Of a stretch of 64,000 bases of DNA, positions 21,598 through 31,220 are shown in pieces. Source of the DNA: Phycisphaerae bacterium (GTDB lineage Bacteria > Planctomycetota > Phycisphaerae > UBA1845). The notes under the pieces were generated by a model. It was not told where the DNA came from, ran no database searches, and saw nothing but the letters and a program-made list of their open reading frames with translations. The DNA is taken from NCBI GenBank assembly GCA_963666835.2, contig CAXXGO010000006.1:224001-288000 (forward strand), written 5' to 3'. Numbering within the stretch: position 1 is the stretch's first letter; the number at the start of each line of letters is the position of its first letter. Both the position numbers and the translations under genes were made by a program.

Positions 21598-23076
21598 TTA
21601 CGCCGAGGCCTTTTCCCGCGACCGGTCCATGGCCGCGGTAACGTACTTGAACACCAGGATGGCCAGAAACGCCGCGGCCCCCACCCCGGCGTAGATGAAC
21701 CAGATGTAGTGAGCGTGGGCGTACACTTCCGGAAGACTCGTGCCGTTGGCGATGGCGTCCAGACGCTGCTGTTGCACGACGGGGTCGAGTGTTTTGGGGT
21801 CCGGGCAATAAGCCTCGAGCAGAAACCCGGAAGCGATAAACCCGAACAGCCAGGCGAAAAATGTCGTCAAATGGGAATAGCCAAGGTACAGGCCAACATC
21901 CTCCGGCGGAGCCTGCTTGGAAGCATACTCCAGGAACTTCGGCGAAAGGAAGCACTCGGCCAGGCCTTGCAGGGCGATACCCACGATGACCATGAGGGTA
22001 ATAGGATGCAGCGCGAACCAGCCCATGATGGAGACCGAGTTGCCGGATGTCGCTTCTACGGCGGAACTAAGCGCTATGGTCAGCGCCGACAGTGGAATGA
22101 TAAAGAGCCCGATTGCGATTGCGTTTTCCGGCTTGAACTTTCGAATGACGTGGGTGATCGGGACAACCAGGATAACAACGACGAAGGGGTTGATGTTGGC
22201 CAGCCACTCCGGTTTCGCACCCTCGCCCAACAAGCGCAGCATGTACTTCGACATGGTGGCATAGAGCTGTCCCTGAATGAACCAGAACCCCGCAACGATC
22301 ATAATCAGAAACATGAAGCGGACGTGGGTGATCACTTTTAACAAACCCTGGAGCGATTCCTCGAGGGTCTTGCCCACTCCCTTCGTATCGGGGTTGCGGT
22401 AGAAGATCGCCACGCAGATCAGGGCACAGAATGCCATGCTCGCGGCGTAGAAGTTGATGTACTCCAAGCCGAGCTGCTGGCGCAGGGGAGCCGCCGCCGA
22501 CTTCCCGCAGAACGAGCCGATGTTGACCACCCCGTAGAAGATGGAAAACGCCCGAGCGCGATGAGCTTCATCGCTGCACTTTGACACCGTTCCGGAGATC
22601 ACCGGTTTTACAATGGCCCCGCCGAACATGATCAGCCCCAGCGCGGCCAGCACCGCCCACTTGAACTGAATGCCACTCAGAAGACCAGGCTCCGCCGCGA
22701 ACGGCAGCGCTCCAAAGAGCCCATATCCCATGGTCAGCAGACGGGGCTTCGCCGCGAACGGCAGAGCTCCCAACAGACCATACCCCACCGTCAACAAAGA
22801 GAAGGCCAACAGCAACGCCCGTCGGAACCCGATCCGGTCTGCCATGGCTCCCGTAAACGTCGGTAGCAGATAGAGAACCGAGCCGAACCCGCCCGCTACT
22901 ACTCCGGCTTCGACGTCGGTGAAGCCGACCTTGCGAGTCAGGTAGAGGCTCAGCGCGATGAACATGCCGTAGAACGCGGCCCGTTCAAACAACTCGGCGG
23001 TGTTGGCATACCAGAAGGTTGCCGGGAACCGCCAGTTGAGCTTCTGCTCGGGCTCTTTCAGGAGTGAATCGCTCAT
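21598..23076 (-). CDS. MFS / POT-type oligopeptide transporter
   Basis: ELFERAAFYG (ExxERxxxY), ADRIGFRR, FSIFYGVVNIG; about 12 TMs. Confidence 0.9.
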   Translation of the reverse strand: MSDSLLKEPEQKLNWRFPATFWYANTAELFERAAFYGMFIALSLYLTRKVGFTDVEAGVVAGGFGSVLYLLPTFTGAMADRIGFRRALLLAFSLLTVGYGLLGALPFAAKPRLLTMGYGLFGALPFAAEPGLLSGIQFKWAVLAALGLIMFGGAIVKPVISGTVSKCSDEAHRARAFSIFYGVVNIGSFCGKSAAAPLRQQLGLEYINFYAASMAFCALICVAIFYRNPDTKGVGKTLEESLQGLLKVITHVRFMFLIMIVAGFWFIQGQLYATMSKYMLRLLGEGAKPEWLANINPFVVVILVVPITHVIRKFKPENAIAIGLFIIPLSALTIALSSAVEATSGNSVSIMGWFALHPITLMVIVGIALQGLAECFLSPKFLEYASKQAPPEDVGLYLGYSHLTTFFAWLFGFIASGFLLEAYCPDPKTLDPVVQQQRLDAIANGTSLPEVYAHAHYIWFIYAGVGAAAFLAILVFKYVTAAMDRSREKASA

Positions 23077-23104
23077 GGGTAGTCGGGCCCCGATGTATGG
23101 GTGG

Positions 23105-23716
23105 TTACGGTAGTATCTCGACGACGTCGCCGACGCGCAGGACGCTGAACAGCTCTTCGACGTCAGCGTCGGCCAGGGCGATGCAGCCGGCCGTCCAGTC
23201 CTCCCCGCGCCGCCGGCCGTGGATGCCGATCCCGCCGCCCAGCGCTGTGCCCCAGTCCGGACACCGCCCTTCCGCGAGGGCCCGGCGGATGCCGGCCGCC
23301 TCGCCGGTGGAGATCAGGCCCAAACGCAGCCCGCGCTCCAATGCTGCCGCCCCGGGGTAGTCGAGCCCGAGGAAACGGTGGAAGGGGCTCGCTGCGTTCT
23401 TGGTGACCACGTGGAACGTGCCTACGGGAGTACGCCCGTCGCCTTTGTGGAGCTTCTGACCGACCGGGCTCGTCCCGAGATCGATCGGGTAGGTCCGTGC
23501 CAGGGCATCGCCGTCGAACAGGTGCATGATCCTCTGGCTCTTGAGCACCACGACCCGTGGCGAAACGAGTTTGATCTCTGTACTTTCGGCGTTCGATCCG
23601 CCGGCCCCGATGGAGCCTGCGGACACAACGATCGCCACCGCGGCCAGGGACGCCCCGAAAGCGACTAACGCTCGTCTCCGGGTAATGCCCCTCGGGTTTC
23701 CGCCGGAATCGACCAT
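23105..23716 (-). CDS. L,D-transpeptidase (YkuD family)
   Basis: GDGRTPVG, LDYP, IGIHG...WTAGCIAL; RRR-containing signal peptide. Confidence 0.9.
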   Translation of the reverse strand: MVDSGGNPRGITRRRALVAFGASLAAVAIVVSAGSIGAGGSNAESTEIKLVSPRVVVLKSQRIMHLFDGDALARTYPIDLGTSPVGQKLHKGDGRTPVGTFHVVTKNAASPFHRFLGLDYPGAAALERGLRLGLISTGEAAGIRRALAEGRCPDWGTALGGGIGIHGRRRGEDWTAGCIALADADVEELFSVLRVGDVVEILP

Positions 23717-23825
23717 AACCTCTTGTCTGACCTTCTTTAACTGTCTTCTGGTCACCAACGCCGCGTCACCTATGGACCGATAAGCAACTGAAGCGTTATG
23801 GGTCGAGAAACTGGCAGGAAACTCC

Positions 23826-23850
23826 GAACATCGCCTCGGCCGAAACGTAA
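23826..23850 (+). promoter_or_regulatory. Putative ECF-type autoregulatory promoter
   Basis: GAAC-N16-CGTAA just upstream of the ECF sigma gene. Confidence 0.4.
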
Positions 23851-23865
23851 GCATACAATGGGGTT

Positions 23866-24477
23866 GTGGAAGCGCCAACGGATGAGAAACTGCTCCAGGA
23901 ATACCTCGAGGGCAAGTCGGCCAGTTTTGAGCTGCTGGTACGCCGGCATGCACCGGACCTCTACCAGTTCGCCCTTAGGTTCACTACGAACGCAGTCGCG
24001 GCCGAGGACGTCGTGCAGGAGACCTTTCTGCAGATGCACACCTCGGCGAGCAGTTTCGATCCTCAGCGTCGCTTCAAGCCCTGGTTATTCACAATTGCGG
24101 CGAACAAAGCCCGGGACTTCATTCGTAGAAGGAAGCGTCGGCGGGAACTTCCGTTCGATGCGCAAATGTCCAGCGAGGACGACGCCGGGCAGCGGTTCCT
24201 CGATCTCCTTTCCGGCGATAGCGAGCTGCCCCACGACGATCTTCTTCGCGAGGAGAAACGTAGAGTAGTAAAGACGGCCGTGGAGGCGATGCCGACCAGA
24301 TTACAGGAAGTGCTGATTCTCGCGTACTTCCACCGGTTTCCATACCGGGAGATTGCCGAGGTCGTTGGTATTCCGCTCGGGACGGTGAAGAGCCGGCTGC
24401 ACGCGGCCGTAACGGCGTTCGAGGCCGCGTACCGGGCGGCGGTAAAAGAGCAGCTTGGCGATCGAGCTTCAGATTGA
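23866..24477 (+). CDS. ECF sigma-70 factor
   Basis: AEDVVQETF, FKPWLFTIAAN, YREIAEVVGIPLGTVKSRLH. Confidence 0.95.
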   Translation: MEAPTDEKLLQEYLEGKSASFELLVRRHAPDLYQFALRFTTNAVAAEDVVQETFLQMHTSASSFDPQRRFKPWLFTIAANKARDFIRRRKRRRELPFDAQMSSEDDAGQRFLDLLSGDSELPHDDLLREEKRRVVKTAVEAMPTRLQEVLILAYFHRFPYREIAEVVGIPLGTVKSRLHAAVTAFEAAYRAAVKEQLGDRASD

Positions 24478-24529
24478 CGGGGCGCGGTCGCAAGAAGTAC
24501 GACTGCGGGACACGTGGAGTTGACCCCCT

Positions 24530-25552
24530 ATGGAACGTGATCGGAAGAAACGTGAGGAGTTCCTCCTCGACTTCCATCTCGACCAGTTGGCCGACGACGA
24601 CCGGGAGTGGATCGAGGCAGAACTTCTGCGGGACGCCGAGCTGCGGACCAAGAGCGATCGACTTGGCAGCGTTTTGAGGCCGCTGGACCATTGGTCGGTC
24701 GGGCAGACCCCGGCCCGGCTGGTCGACAACATCCTCCGTGCCGTTGAGCAGCCCTCGGCGGAAAAGAGCAGTTCGCGGTCTCGTGTAAGTGCGGGGGAGA
24801 CCTATCGCCCGCGCTCGTTCTTCACCTTACGCGAGGTAGTCGCAATAGCCGCATCGATCGTCCTGCTGATGAGTGTGATTATCCCCGGGGTATCCTCCGC
24901 CCGATCCCGTTCCCAGCGCGAGGCGTGTGCCAGTAACCTCGGCTCGGTCTTCCGTGGTCTGACTTTGTATGAACAGAGCTTCGGTGGTTCGTTGCCCTAT
25001 GCGGGCAGCCGTCCGGGCACCGCGTGGCTGCCGTGTGACGAATCCGGCTCGGCGTGCGCGTCTAACAGCCGCCATCCATACCTGATCGCCCGGCTCAACT
25101 ACGCCAAGCCGGAGGATTTCGTGTGCCCGGCCGACAAGGCGGGGCAGCCGATGCGTCGGGACGAGTTGGCCCTGCGCGATGACTTTGCCAGTGCCGCGAA
25201 CATGAGCTATGCCTCGCTCAATCTGTCCGGGGAGACGCCCAACCTCCATCCGCCGGGCCCGCTTGCGTATATGAGCGATCGGAACCCGTTGTTCGCCAAC
25301 GCTCGGTTCAACCCCGGCTTGGACCCTGCGAAGGCTAATTCTCCGGTTCACGGAAAGGGGTCCGGCCAGAGCGTGCTCTTTTTGGACGGCAGCGTTCGGT
25401 GGATGACGACGCCGATCTACGGGGCCAGGCGTGACAATGTATGGCTAATGGGTGACGTCCGCGAGTATGTCGGCACCGAGGCACCAACCGATCAGCAGGA
25501 CGCTTTCCTTATCCCCGGCTACCCGGCCGGCGAGCCCCGCAAACTGGATTAG
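24530..25552 (+). CDS. Anti-sigma factor fused to a prepilin-like DUF1559/H-X9-DG module
   Basis: Anti-sigma-like N-terminus, one TM (FTLREVVAIAASIVLL), 'SARSRSQREACASNL', FVCPAD, SPVHGKGSGQSVLFLDGSV. Confidence 0.75.
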   Translation: MERDRKKREEFLLDFHLDQLADDDREWIEAELLRDAELRTKSDRLGSVLRPLDHWSVGQTPARLVDNILRAVEQPSAEKSSSRSRVSAGETYRPRSFFTLREVVAIAASIVLLMSVIIPGVSSARSRSQREACASNLGSVFRGLTLYEQSFGGSLPYAGSRPGTAWLPCDESGSACASNSRHPYLIARLNYAKPEDFVCPADKAGQPMRRDELALRDDFASAANMSYASLNLSGETPNLHPPGPLAYMSDRNPLFANARFNPGLDPAKANSPVHGKGSGQSVLFLDGSVRWMTTPIYGARRDNVWLMGDVREYVGTEAPTDQQDAFLIPGYPAGEPRKLD

Positions 25553-25577
25553 CACACACGACCCAGATCACCCGACC

Positions 25578-25870
25578 GTAACGCAGGCATCTTGCCTGCA
25601 AGAACTGTAGCGCGGGTGCCCATCCATTCCGGCGTTCGCCGGGTGGGAACAGCCACGCCTCCTCCCCGCCGGAACGGGTGGGGGACGGCCCCGAACCCCC
25701 GCCCCTAACTCGGATTGTTCATCCACGCGGAGCATAGCCCGTAAACCAATGTAGCGCCAGGGCTTGTCCCTGGCGTGGAAGCGTGCTGTGTTACTCTGAC
25801 GCCACCCACAAGTGATGGCGCCACAGTGAGTTACGTACATTTGTGTGAACGTCGTGAATAATCCGGGCTA
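25578..25870. repeat. REP/MITE-like cluster
   Basis: GTAACGCAGGCATCTTGCCTGC, GTAGCGCCAGGGCTTGTCCCTGGCG, and short terminal inverted repeats TAGCCCG (25736) ... CGGGCTA (25870). Confidence 0.55.
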
Positions 25871-26072
25871 ATCCCCCGACGTCCGGAGTTGGGTTCCAGC
25901 CAGTTACGGTTTAGTCTTGAGCGCACCGGCCTTATGGCGTATATGTCGGCCTATGTGACCTGCGTATACGGGCATACAGGGCAGCCCGTGGCACCGGACT
26001 CGACACGCTCACGTCGGCCTAGCCGGTGGTGTCGCCGGCGGGCTCGATCGAACCTCGCGGAGACGATTCGAC

Positions 26073-29000
26073 ATGAACACGCTAATCGTCCGCCACACCG
26101 GCGGTCCCGACGACGAGCCCAAATTCCACGTCGAACGCTTGGAGGACGGCAAACGCACTAAGCCGGCCGTCATTCGGCCGCCCGTGGGGTTCCCCGTCGA
26201 GGGTCGACCCAATAGCGACCTGATGCGCGAGCTCCGCTGGTACCTTGAGACCTTTCTCGGTTACCCCTTTGAGCCGGAGACCGACCACGCCGACCGCGTG
26301 CTTGACGCCCTGCGCAAGTGGGGCCGACAGGCCTTCGACGCCGTGTTCGATACCAAGGAGGGGGGCAAGTTTCTGGACAATGCGACGGATGACGGCCACT
26401 ACGACCGGCTGCACCTCCAGATATCCAGTGACGACCCCCGCGTTCTCGCCTGGCCGTGGGAGGCGCTGGAAGACTCCGGCGCCGGCCTCCTCGCCCAAAC
26501 CTGCCAGATCGAACGCCGCCTTAACGAGGTCGTCGACCCGCCGTCGCTCGATGAGCGTCTACCACGCGATCGGGTGAACATCCTCCTGGTCACCGCCCGG
26601 CCGTTCCAAGAGGACGTGCGTTACCGTTCGATCTCCCGTCCGCTGGTGGAGTTAGTCGACGAGCACAAGCTCGCCGCCCACGTTACCGTCCTGCGCCCGC
26701 CGACGTTTGATCAACTGCGCCGCCACCTGCACGAGCACCCGGGCCACTATCACATCCTGCACTTCGATGGCCACGGCGGCTACGGCGCAAGCTCCCCGGG
26801 CGACAACACGGCGCACGCCCTTCAGGGCTCGCACGGCGTTCTCGTCTTTGAGGACAAGGATGGAAAACCCGAGAGGGTGAATACTGAACAGCTCAGCAGC
26901 CTGCTGCGTGAGACGGCCATTCCCGCTGTCGTGCTCAACGCCTGCCAATCGGCCATGATCGACGCCCACGCCGAAGACGCCTTCGCCTCGGTGGCCGCGT
27001 CGCTCATCAAGTCCGGCATTCGTAGCGTGGTCGCGATGGCCTATTCGCTCTACGTCAGCGGCGGGCGGCAGTTCATTCCGGCTTTCTACGAACGCCTCTT
27101 CGACGCCGGCAACGTCGCCCAGGCCGTCCGCGCCGGGCGCCAACAGATGTTCGCCCACCCCAACCGCATTTGCGCCCGCGGCGAGTTCCCCCTCAACGAT
27201 TGGCTCGTCCCCGTCGTCTATCAGCAACAACCGCTGGATTTCTCCTTCGCGGCAGAAGCGAAGAAAACGGCCGAGCCCAGGAAGTCCCGCCTGCCGGAGG
27301 GGGCCCACGACGAGGATAATCCCTACGGCTTCGTCGGCCGCGACGGCCCGCTGTTGGCCTTGGAGCGGGCCATGCTCCGCCCACCCGCCGGCATCCTCAT
27401 TCACGGGCTGGGCGGTATCGGCAAGACCACACTCGCCCGCGGATTCGTTCAATGGCTCGAAGCGACCGAAGGGCTGGGGCATGGCTGCTTCTGGTTCACC
27501 TTCAACGACATCTACAACGCCGAGTTCGTCATCAACCGCATGGGCGAGGCGGTCTTCGGCGCCGACTTCATCACCGCCCCGATGGATCGGAAGCTCGACG
27601 CCCTGCAAGCGGCCTTTAAGGACAACCGGTTCGTCATCGTCTGGGATAATTTCGAGGTCGCCAAAGGTATCGAAGGCACATCGGTGACGCCCAACCTCTC
27701 CGCCGAGGATTGTGATCTGCTACTCGCCCTGCTCAAGAAGCTCCGGGGCGGCAAGAGCAAGATAATCATCACCAGCCGGTCGGTGGAGAGCTGGCTGGGC
27801 GACAGCAACCGCTTCCTGCTCACCATCGGCGGGTTGGAGGGGGACGAACGCTGGGACTATTGCGAGGTCGTCCTGCGCGACTTGGGCTTGACGGTCGACC
27901 GTGACGACAAGGACATGGTGGAACTGATGAAACTGCTCGGAGGCCACACCCTGGCCATGCGGGCCGTCATCCCCAAGCTCGCGGAACTCCCCGCCGGGCG
28001 GATCGCCGCCGCCCTGCGCACCAACCTCGACAAGCTGGACCTGCCCGACGACGAGGTCAGCGCCAAGCTGGCGGCCACGTTGCGCTTTGTGGAGGAGTCC
28101 CTGCCCGAAGACCAACGTCCGCTGCTGATTCCCCTCGCCCTGCACGAAGGCTTCGTGGATGCGGATCATCTGGAGTACATGGCTAAGCAGGTGGACGAAC
28201 AGTTCTCGCGCACCGTCATCGATCGCTTCGCCGAGGCTCTCTGCGGCGCCGGCCTGCTGCGCCACCGCACCGGGCCCGTCTTCGAAATGCACCCCGCGTT
28301 GACGGGCTTCCTACGTGCTGCGGTCCTGCCGGCCGGCGCAAAGGAAACCCGCGACGCCTGGGCCCGCGCCTTTGTGGACGTGATGGGGAATCTGGCCGAC
28401 CAACTGGCCCCGCGCGAACTCCACGAGCAGCGGTTTGGCTTCCACGTTCACGGGGCCAACTTCCATCACGCTCTGGCCGAGGCCGAGCGGCTTGGCATGG
28501 ACATGCCCATCCGCGCGCTGATTCAGTCCCTGGGCGCGTATGCTCAAAACACCTGCGACTACGCCGGTGCCGCCCGCCTGTTCACTCGCCTGGCTGAGAT
28601 AGAAAAGAGGGGCGGAGATCCGGAGAGAGAAGCGGCCGCCTATCACCAACTGGGGATTATCGCCGCGGAGCAGCGTGACTTCGCCGGCGCCGAGCATTGG
28701 TATCGCAAGTCGCTGGCCATCGAGGAGAAGCAGGGCAACGAACACGGTGCCGCCATGACCTATCACCAACTGGGGATTATCGCCGCGGAGCAGCGTGACT
28801 TCGCCGGCGCCGAGCAGTGGTATCGCAAGGGTGTGGCGGTCTTCGAGAGGCTGGGCATCGAACATCATGCCGCTGCTGCCTATCACCAACTGGGGATGAT
28901 CGCCGAGGAACAGCGTGACTTCGCCGGCGCCGAGCATTGGTATCGCAAGTCCCTGGCGATCAAGGAGAAGCAGGGCAACGAACACGGTGCCGCCATGACC

Positions 29001-29945
29001 TATCACCAACTGGGGCGGATCGCCCAGGAGCAGCGTGACTTCGCCGGCGCCGAGCAGTGGTATCGCAAGGGTGTGGCGGTCTTCGAGAGGCTGGGCATCG
29101 AACATCATGCCGCTGCTGCCTATCACCAACTGGGGATTATCGCCGCGGAGCAGCGTGACTTCGCCCGCGCCGAGCAGTGGTATCGCAAGGGTGTGGCGGT
29201 CTTCGAGAGGCTGGGCATCGAACATCATGCCGCTGCTGCCTATCACCAACTGGGGATTATCGCCGCGGAGCAGCGTGACTTCGCCGGCGCCGAGCATTGG
29301 TATCGCAAGTCGCTGGCCATCGAGGAGAAGCAGGGCAACGAACACGGTGCCGCCATGACCTATCACCAACTGGGGATTATCGCCGCGGAGCAGCGTGACT
29401 TCGCCGGCGCCGAGCAGTGGTATCGCAAGTCGCTGGCCATCAAAGAGAAGCAGGGCAACGAACACGGTGCCGCCAGCACCTATCACCAACTGGGGATGAT
29501 CGCCGCGGAGCAGCGTGACTTCTCCGGCGCCGAGCAGTGGTATCGCAAGTCGCTGGCCATCAAAGAGAAGCAGGGCAACGAACACGGTGCCGCCATTACC
29601 TATCACCAACTGGGGATGATCGCCGCGGAGCAGCGTGACTTCTCCGGCGCCGAGCAGTGGTATCGCAAGTCGCTGGCCATCGAGGAAAAGCAGGGCAACG
29701 AACACGGTGCCGCCAACACGTACGGTCAACTGGGGATCATTGCGGGGCGGCAAGAGCGGTTTGAGGAGGCGGGGCAATGGCTCATTCAGTCCGTCCAGAC
29801 CTTCTCGCGTTGCAATGACCCCCACGGTGCCGAGCGAAACGCCGGCAACTATATTGTGTTTTGGAGACAGGCTCCCCCGGACGTTCAGGCGAAGCTGAAG
29901 GCCATGTGGCAGAAGGCGGGCCTCGGTGACTGGCCCGCAGACTAA
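26073..29945 (+). CDS. CHAT (caspase-like) protease - P-loop STAND NTPase - TPR protein
   Basis: LAWPWE, HFDGHG and LNAC catalytic dyad, Walker A GLGGIGKT, Walker B VIVWDNFE, GGHTLA, then 40-aa TPR repeats. Confidence 0.93.
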   Translation: MNTLIVRHTGGPDDEPKFHVERLEDGKRTKPAVIRPPVGFPVEGRPNSDLMRELRWYLETFLGYPFEPETDHADRVLDALRKWGRQAFDAVFDTKEGGKFLDNATDDGHYDRLHLQISSDDPRVLAWPWEALEDSGAGLLAQTCQIERRLNEVVDPPSLDERLPRDRVNILLVTARPFQEDVRYRSISRPLVELVDEHKLAAHVTVLRPPTFDQLRRHLHEHPGHYHILHFDGHGGYGASSPGDNTAHALQGSHGVLVFEDKDGKPERVNTEQLSSLLRETAIPAVVLNACQSAMIDAHAEDAFASVAASLIKSGIRSVVAMAYSLYVSGGRQFIPAFYERLFDAGNVAQAVRAGRQQMFAHPNRICARGEFPLNDWLVPVVYQQQPLDFSFAAEAKKTAEPRKSRLPEGAHDEDNPYGFVGRDGPLLALERAMLRPPAGILIHGLGGIGKTTLARGFVQWLEATEGLGHGCFWFTFNDIYNAEFVINRMGEAVFGADFITAPMDRKLDALQAAFKDNRFVIVWDNFEVAKGIEGTSVTPNLSAEDCDLLLALLKKLRGGKSKIIITSRSVESWLGDSNRFLLTIGGLEGDERWDYCEVVLRDLGLTVDRDDKDMVELMKLLGGHTLAMRAVIPKLAELPAGRIAAALRTNLDKLDLPDDEVSAKLAATLRFVEESLPEDQRPLLIPLALHEGFVDADHLEYMAKQVDEQFSRTVIDRFAEALCGAGLLRHRTGPVFEMHPALTGFLRAAVLPAGAKETRDAWARAFVDVMGNLADQLAPRELHEQRFGFHVHGANFHHALAEAERLGMDMPIRALIQSLGAYAQNTCDYAGAARLFTRLAEIEKRGGDPEREAAAYHQLGIIAAEQRDFAGAEHWYRKSLAIEEKQGNEHGAAMTYHQLGIIAAEQRDFAGAEQWYRKGVAVFERLGIEHHAAAAYHQLGMIAEEQRDFAGAEHWYRKSLAIKEKQGNEHGAAMTYHQLGRIAQEQRDFAGAEQWYRKGVAVFERLGIEHHAAAAYHQLGIIAAEQRDFARAEQWYRKGVAVFERLGIEHHAAAAYHQLGIIAAEQRDFAGAEHWYRKSLAIEEKQGNEHGAAMTYHQLGIIAAEQRDFAGAEQWYRKSLAIKEKQGNEHGAASTYHQLGMIAAEQRDFSGAEQWYRKSLAIKEKQGNEHGAAITYHQLGMIAAEQRDFSGAEQWYRKSLAIEEKQGNEHGAANTYGQLGIIAGRQERFEEAGQWLIQSVQTFSRCNDPHGAERNAGNYIVFWRQAPPDVQAKLKAMWQKAGLGDWPAD
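28641..29720 (+). repeat. Nine near-identical 120-bp TPR-coding tandem repeats
   Basis: TATCACCAACTGGGG recurs every 120 bp from 28641 to 29601. Confidence 0.97.
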
Positions 29946-30067
29946 GACGTCTCGGCTAGTGACTCGGACACCCGGTAGGGTGCGCCCGGCCGTACCAATG
30001 CCTCTCCACACCGGCCTCGTAGGGCATAACCACCGGGCTGCAAGGACGCCCCGTCTTCATACATCTT

Positions 30068-30418
30068 CAGGTCGCGGTACGAGACCTGCCGCAATGGCTG
30101 CAATGGCCCGCATCGTACGGAGTTGTGCCACCCGCGTGGCTCGCGGGACCAGCCCGCCAGGGCGGCAGCTCTGCCTAGCCCGCGGCGTGAGCCGCGGGAT
30201 CGAGTCGCCAGGTTGTCCCCAGCCCCGTCAGGGGCGGCACTACGATGCTCGCAGAGGTCCCGGCTGTCGCCGACGTGCTCCCTGCGTGATGTCGAATCAT
30301 CGGTGACCGATGCAAACCTCGATGTGCCTGTGCCGCCCGCAGGGGGCTTGGCATGAAACGGCCGCACGGTCCCCCAGGCTTGCGCCTGGGGCTACCGGAC
30401 CTGTCGCCCCAAGGGGCT
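30068..30418 (+). repeat. ~350-bp composite palindromic element (copy 1)
   Basis: Colinear with 60487-60843; shares CCCGCGGCGTGAGCCGCGGGATCGAGTCGCC and GGACCTGTCGCCCCAAGGGGCT. Confidence 0.85.
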
Positions 30419-30589
30419 CCGCGCGCCTGAACCGAGGGCGCCAGCCCTCGGATACGAGCCCCGCATACGCGCCAACCGATAGGAGGCCTTCAGGCACGAA
30501 CGGCTGCCATCAGTACGGCGAGCGTAAGCGACCCGCCCTCATCCCGGACGGGTCAAGAAGTTGCCCCAGGCCACACGTTTGGCACTCTT

Positions 30590-30630
30590 GTAGGGCAGGT
30601 CGAGGCACGAGACCTGCCGCAACGGCGCGC
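30590..30630 (+). repeat. Empty REP target site of the group II intron
   Basis: GTAGGGCAGGTCGAGGCACGAGACCTG|CCGCAACGGCGCG matches the joined flanks of 35364-36033. Confidence 0.9.
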
Positions 30631-30681
30631 GATATGCGCAAAGGCCTGGGTGGCCCACCTAACCAGAGGTGGGGAACTCCC

Positions 30682-31164
30682 TCACGGCGAATGCCCCGGG
30701 TCGCCACATTCGGGACACGTGCCCGATTCGTTCCCGGTCAGGTCGTAACCGCATTTTCGGCAATGTCCCGGCGGGTAGCGGTTGGGCGCCGGCATCTGCT
30801 TGACTCGCCATAAACCGACTAATCCGTAGACGATTGCAATCCCTCCCATAAACACGCGCATGTCGACCGTCCCGTGATCGACGAAGTCGTTGATGCCAAA
30901 CGCAAACATGCTGATGCCAAGAAGAAGAAAGAACAACGCGGATATTACTCCGCTGCGTTTTGCCATGGCCACGATAGTACTGCCGGTTGGGGTTTGCCGC
31001 ATGTTGCTTTCGATAAGATAGTTCAACGCCCGAACGTCACCCTCGCATTGATTGCGGCAAGCCAGACCCCTGCCGACAACGACGTGGCATTCCTCACACA
31101 GTCCTCTTCCGCACGACTTGCACGTCCCCAGGGCATCTCGGTCGTGGTGGTAATAGCATTTCAT
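30682..31164 (-). CDS. Small membrane protein with N-terminal B-box-like and C-terminal zinc-ribbon motifs
   Basis: CYYH..CKSCGRGLCEEC..C, two TMs, CRKCGYDLTGNESGTCPECG. Confidence 0.8.
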   Translation of the reverse strand: MKCYYHHDRDALGTCKSCGRGLCEECHVVVGRGLACRNQCEGDVRALNYLIESNMRQTPTGSTIVAMAKRSGVISALFFLLLGISMFAFGINDFVDHGTVDMRVFMGGIAIVYGLVGLWRVKQMPAPNRYPPGHCRKCGYDLTGNESGTCPECGDPGHSP

Positions 31165-31220
31165 TCTTCTTGATCCGGCTGGTATTACCCGGCCACCGCA
31201 AGTGCTGCCGGTATTCTCGG

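Noticed and set aside
28641..29720. Diversity-generating retroelement TR/VR pair
   Set aside because: The repeats are tandem and in-frame, differences are not adenine-specific, and no RT is nearby.
28311..30011. 566-aa antisense ORF with repeats
   Set aside because: Shadow of the TPR repeats on the opposite strand.
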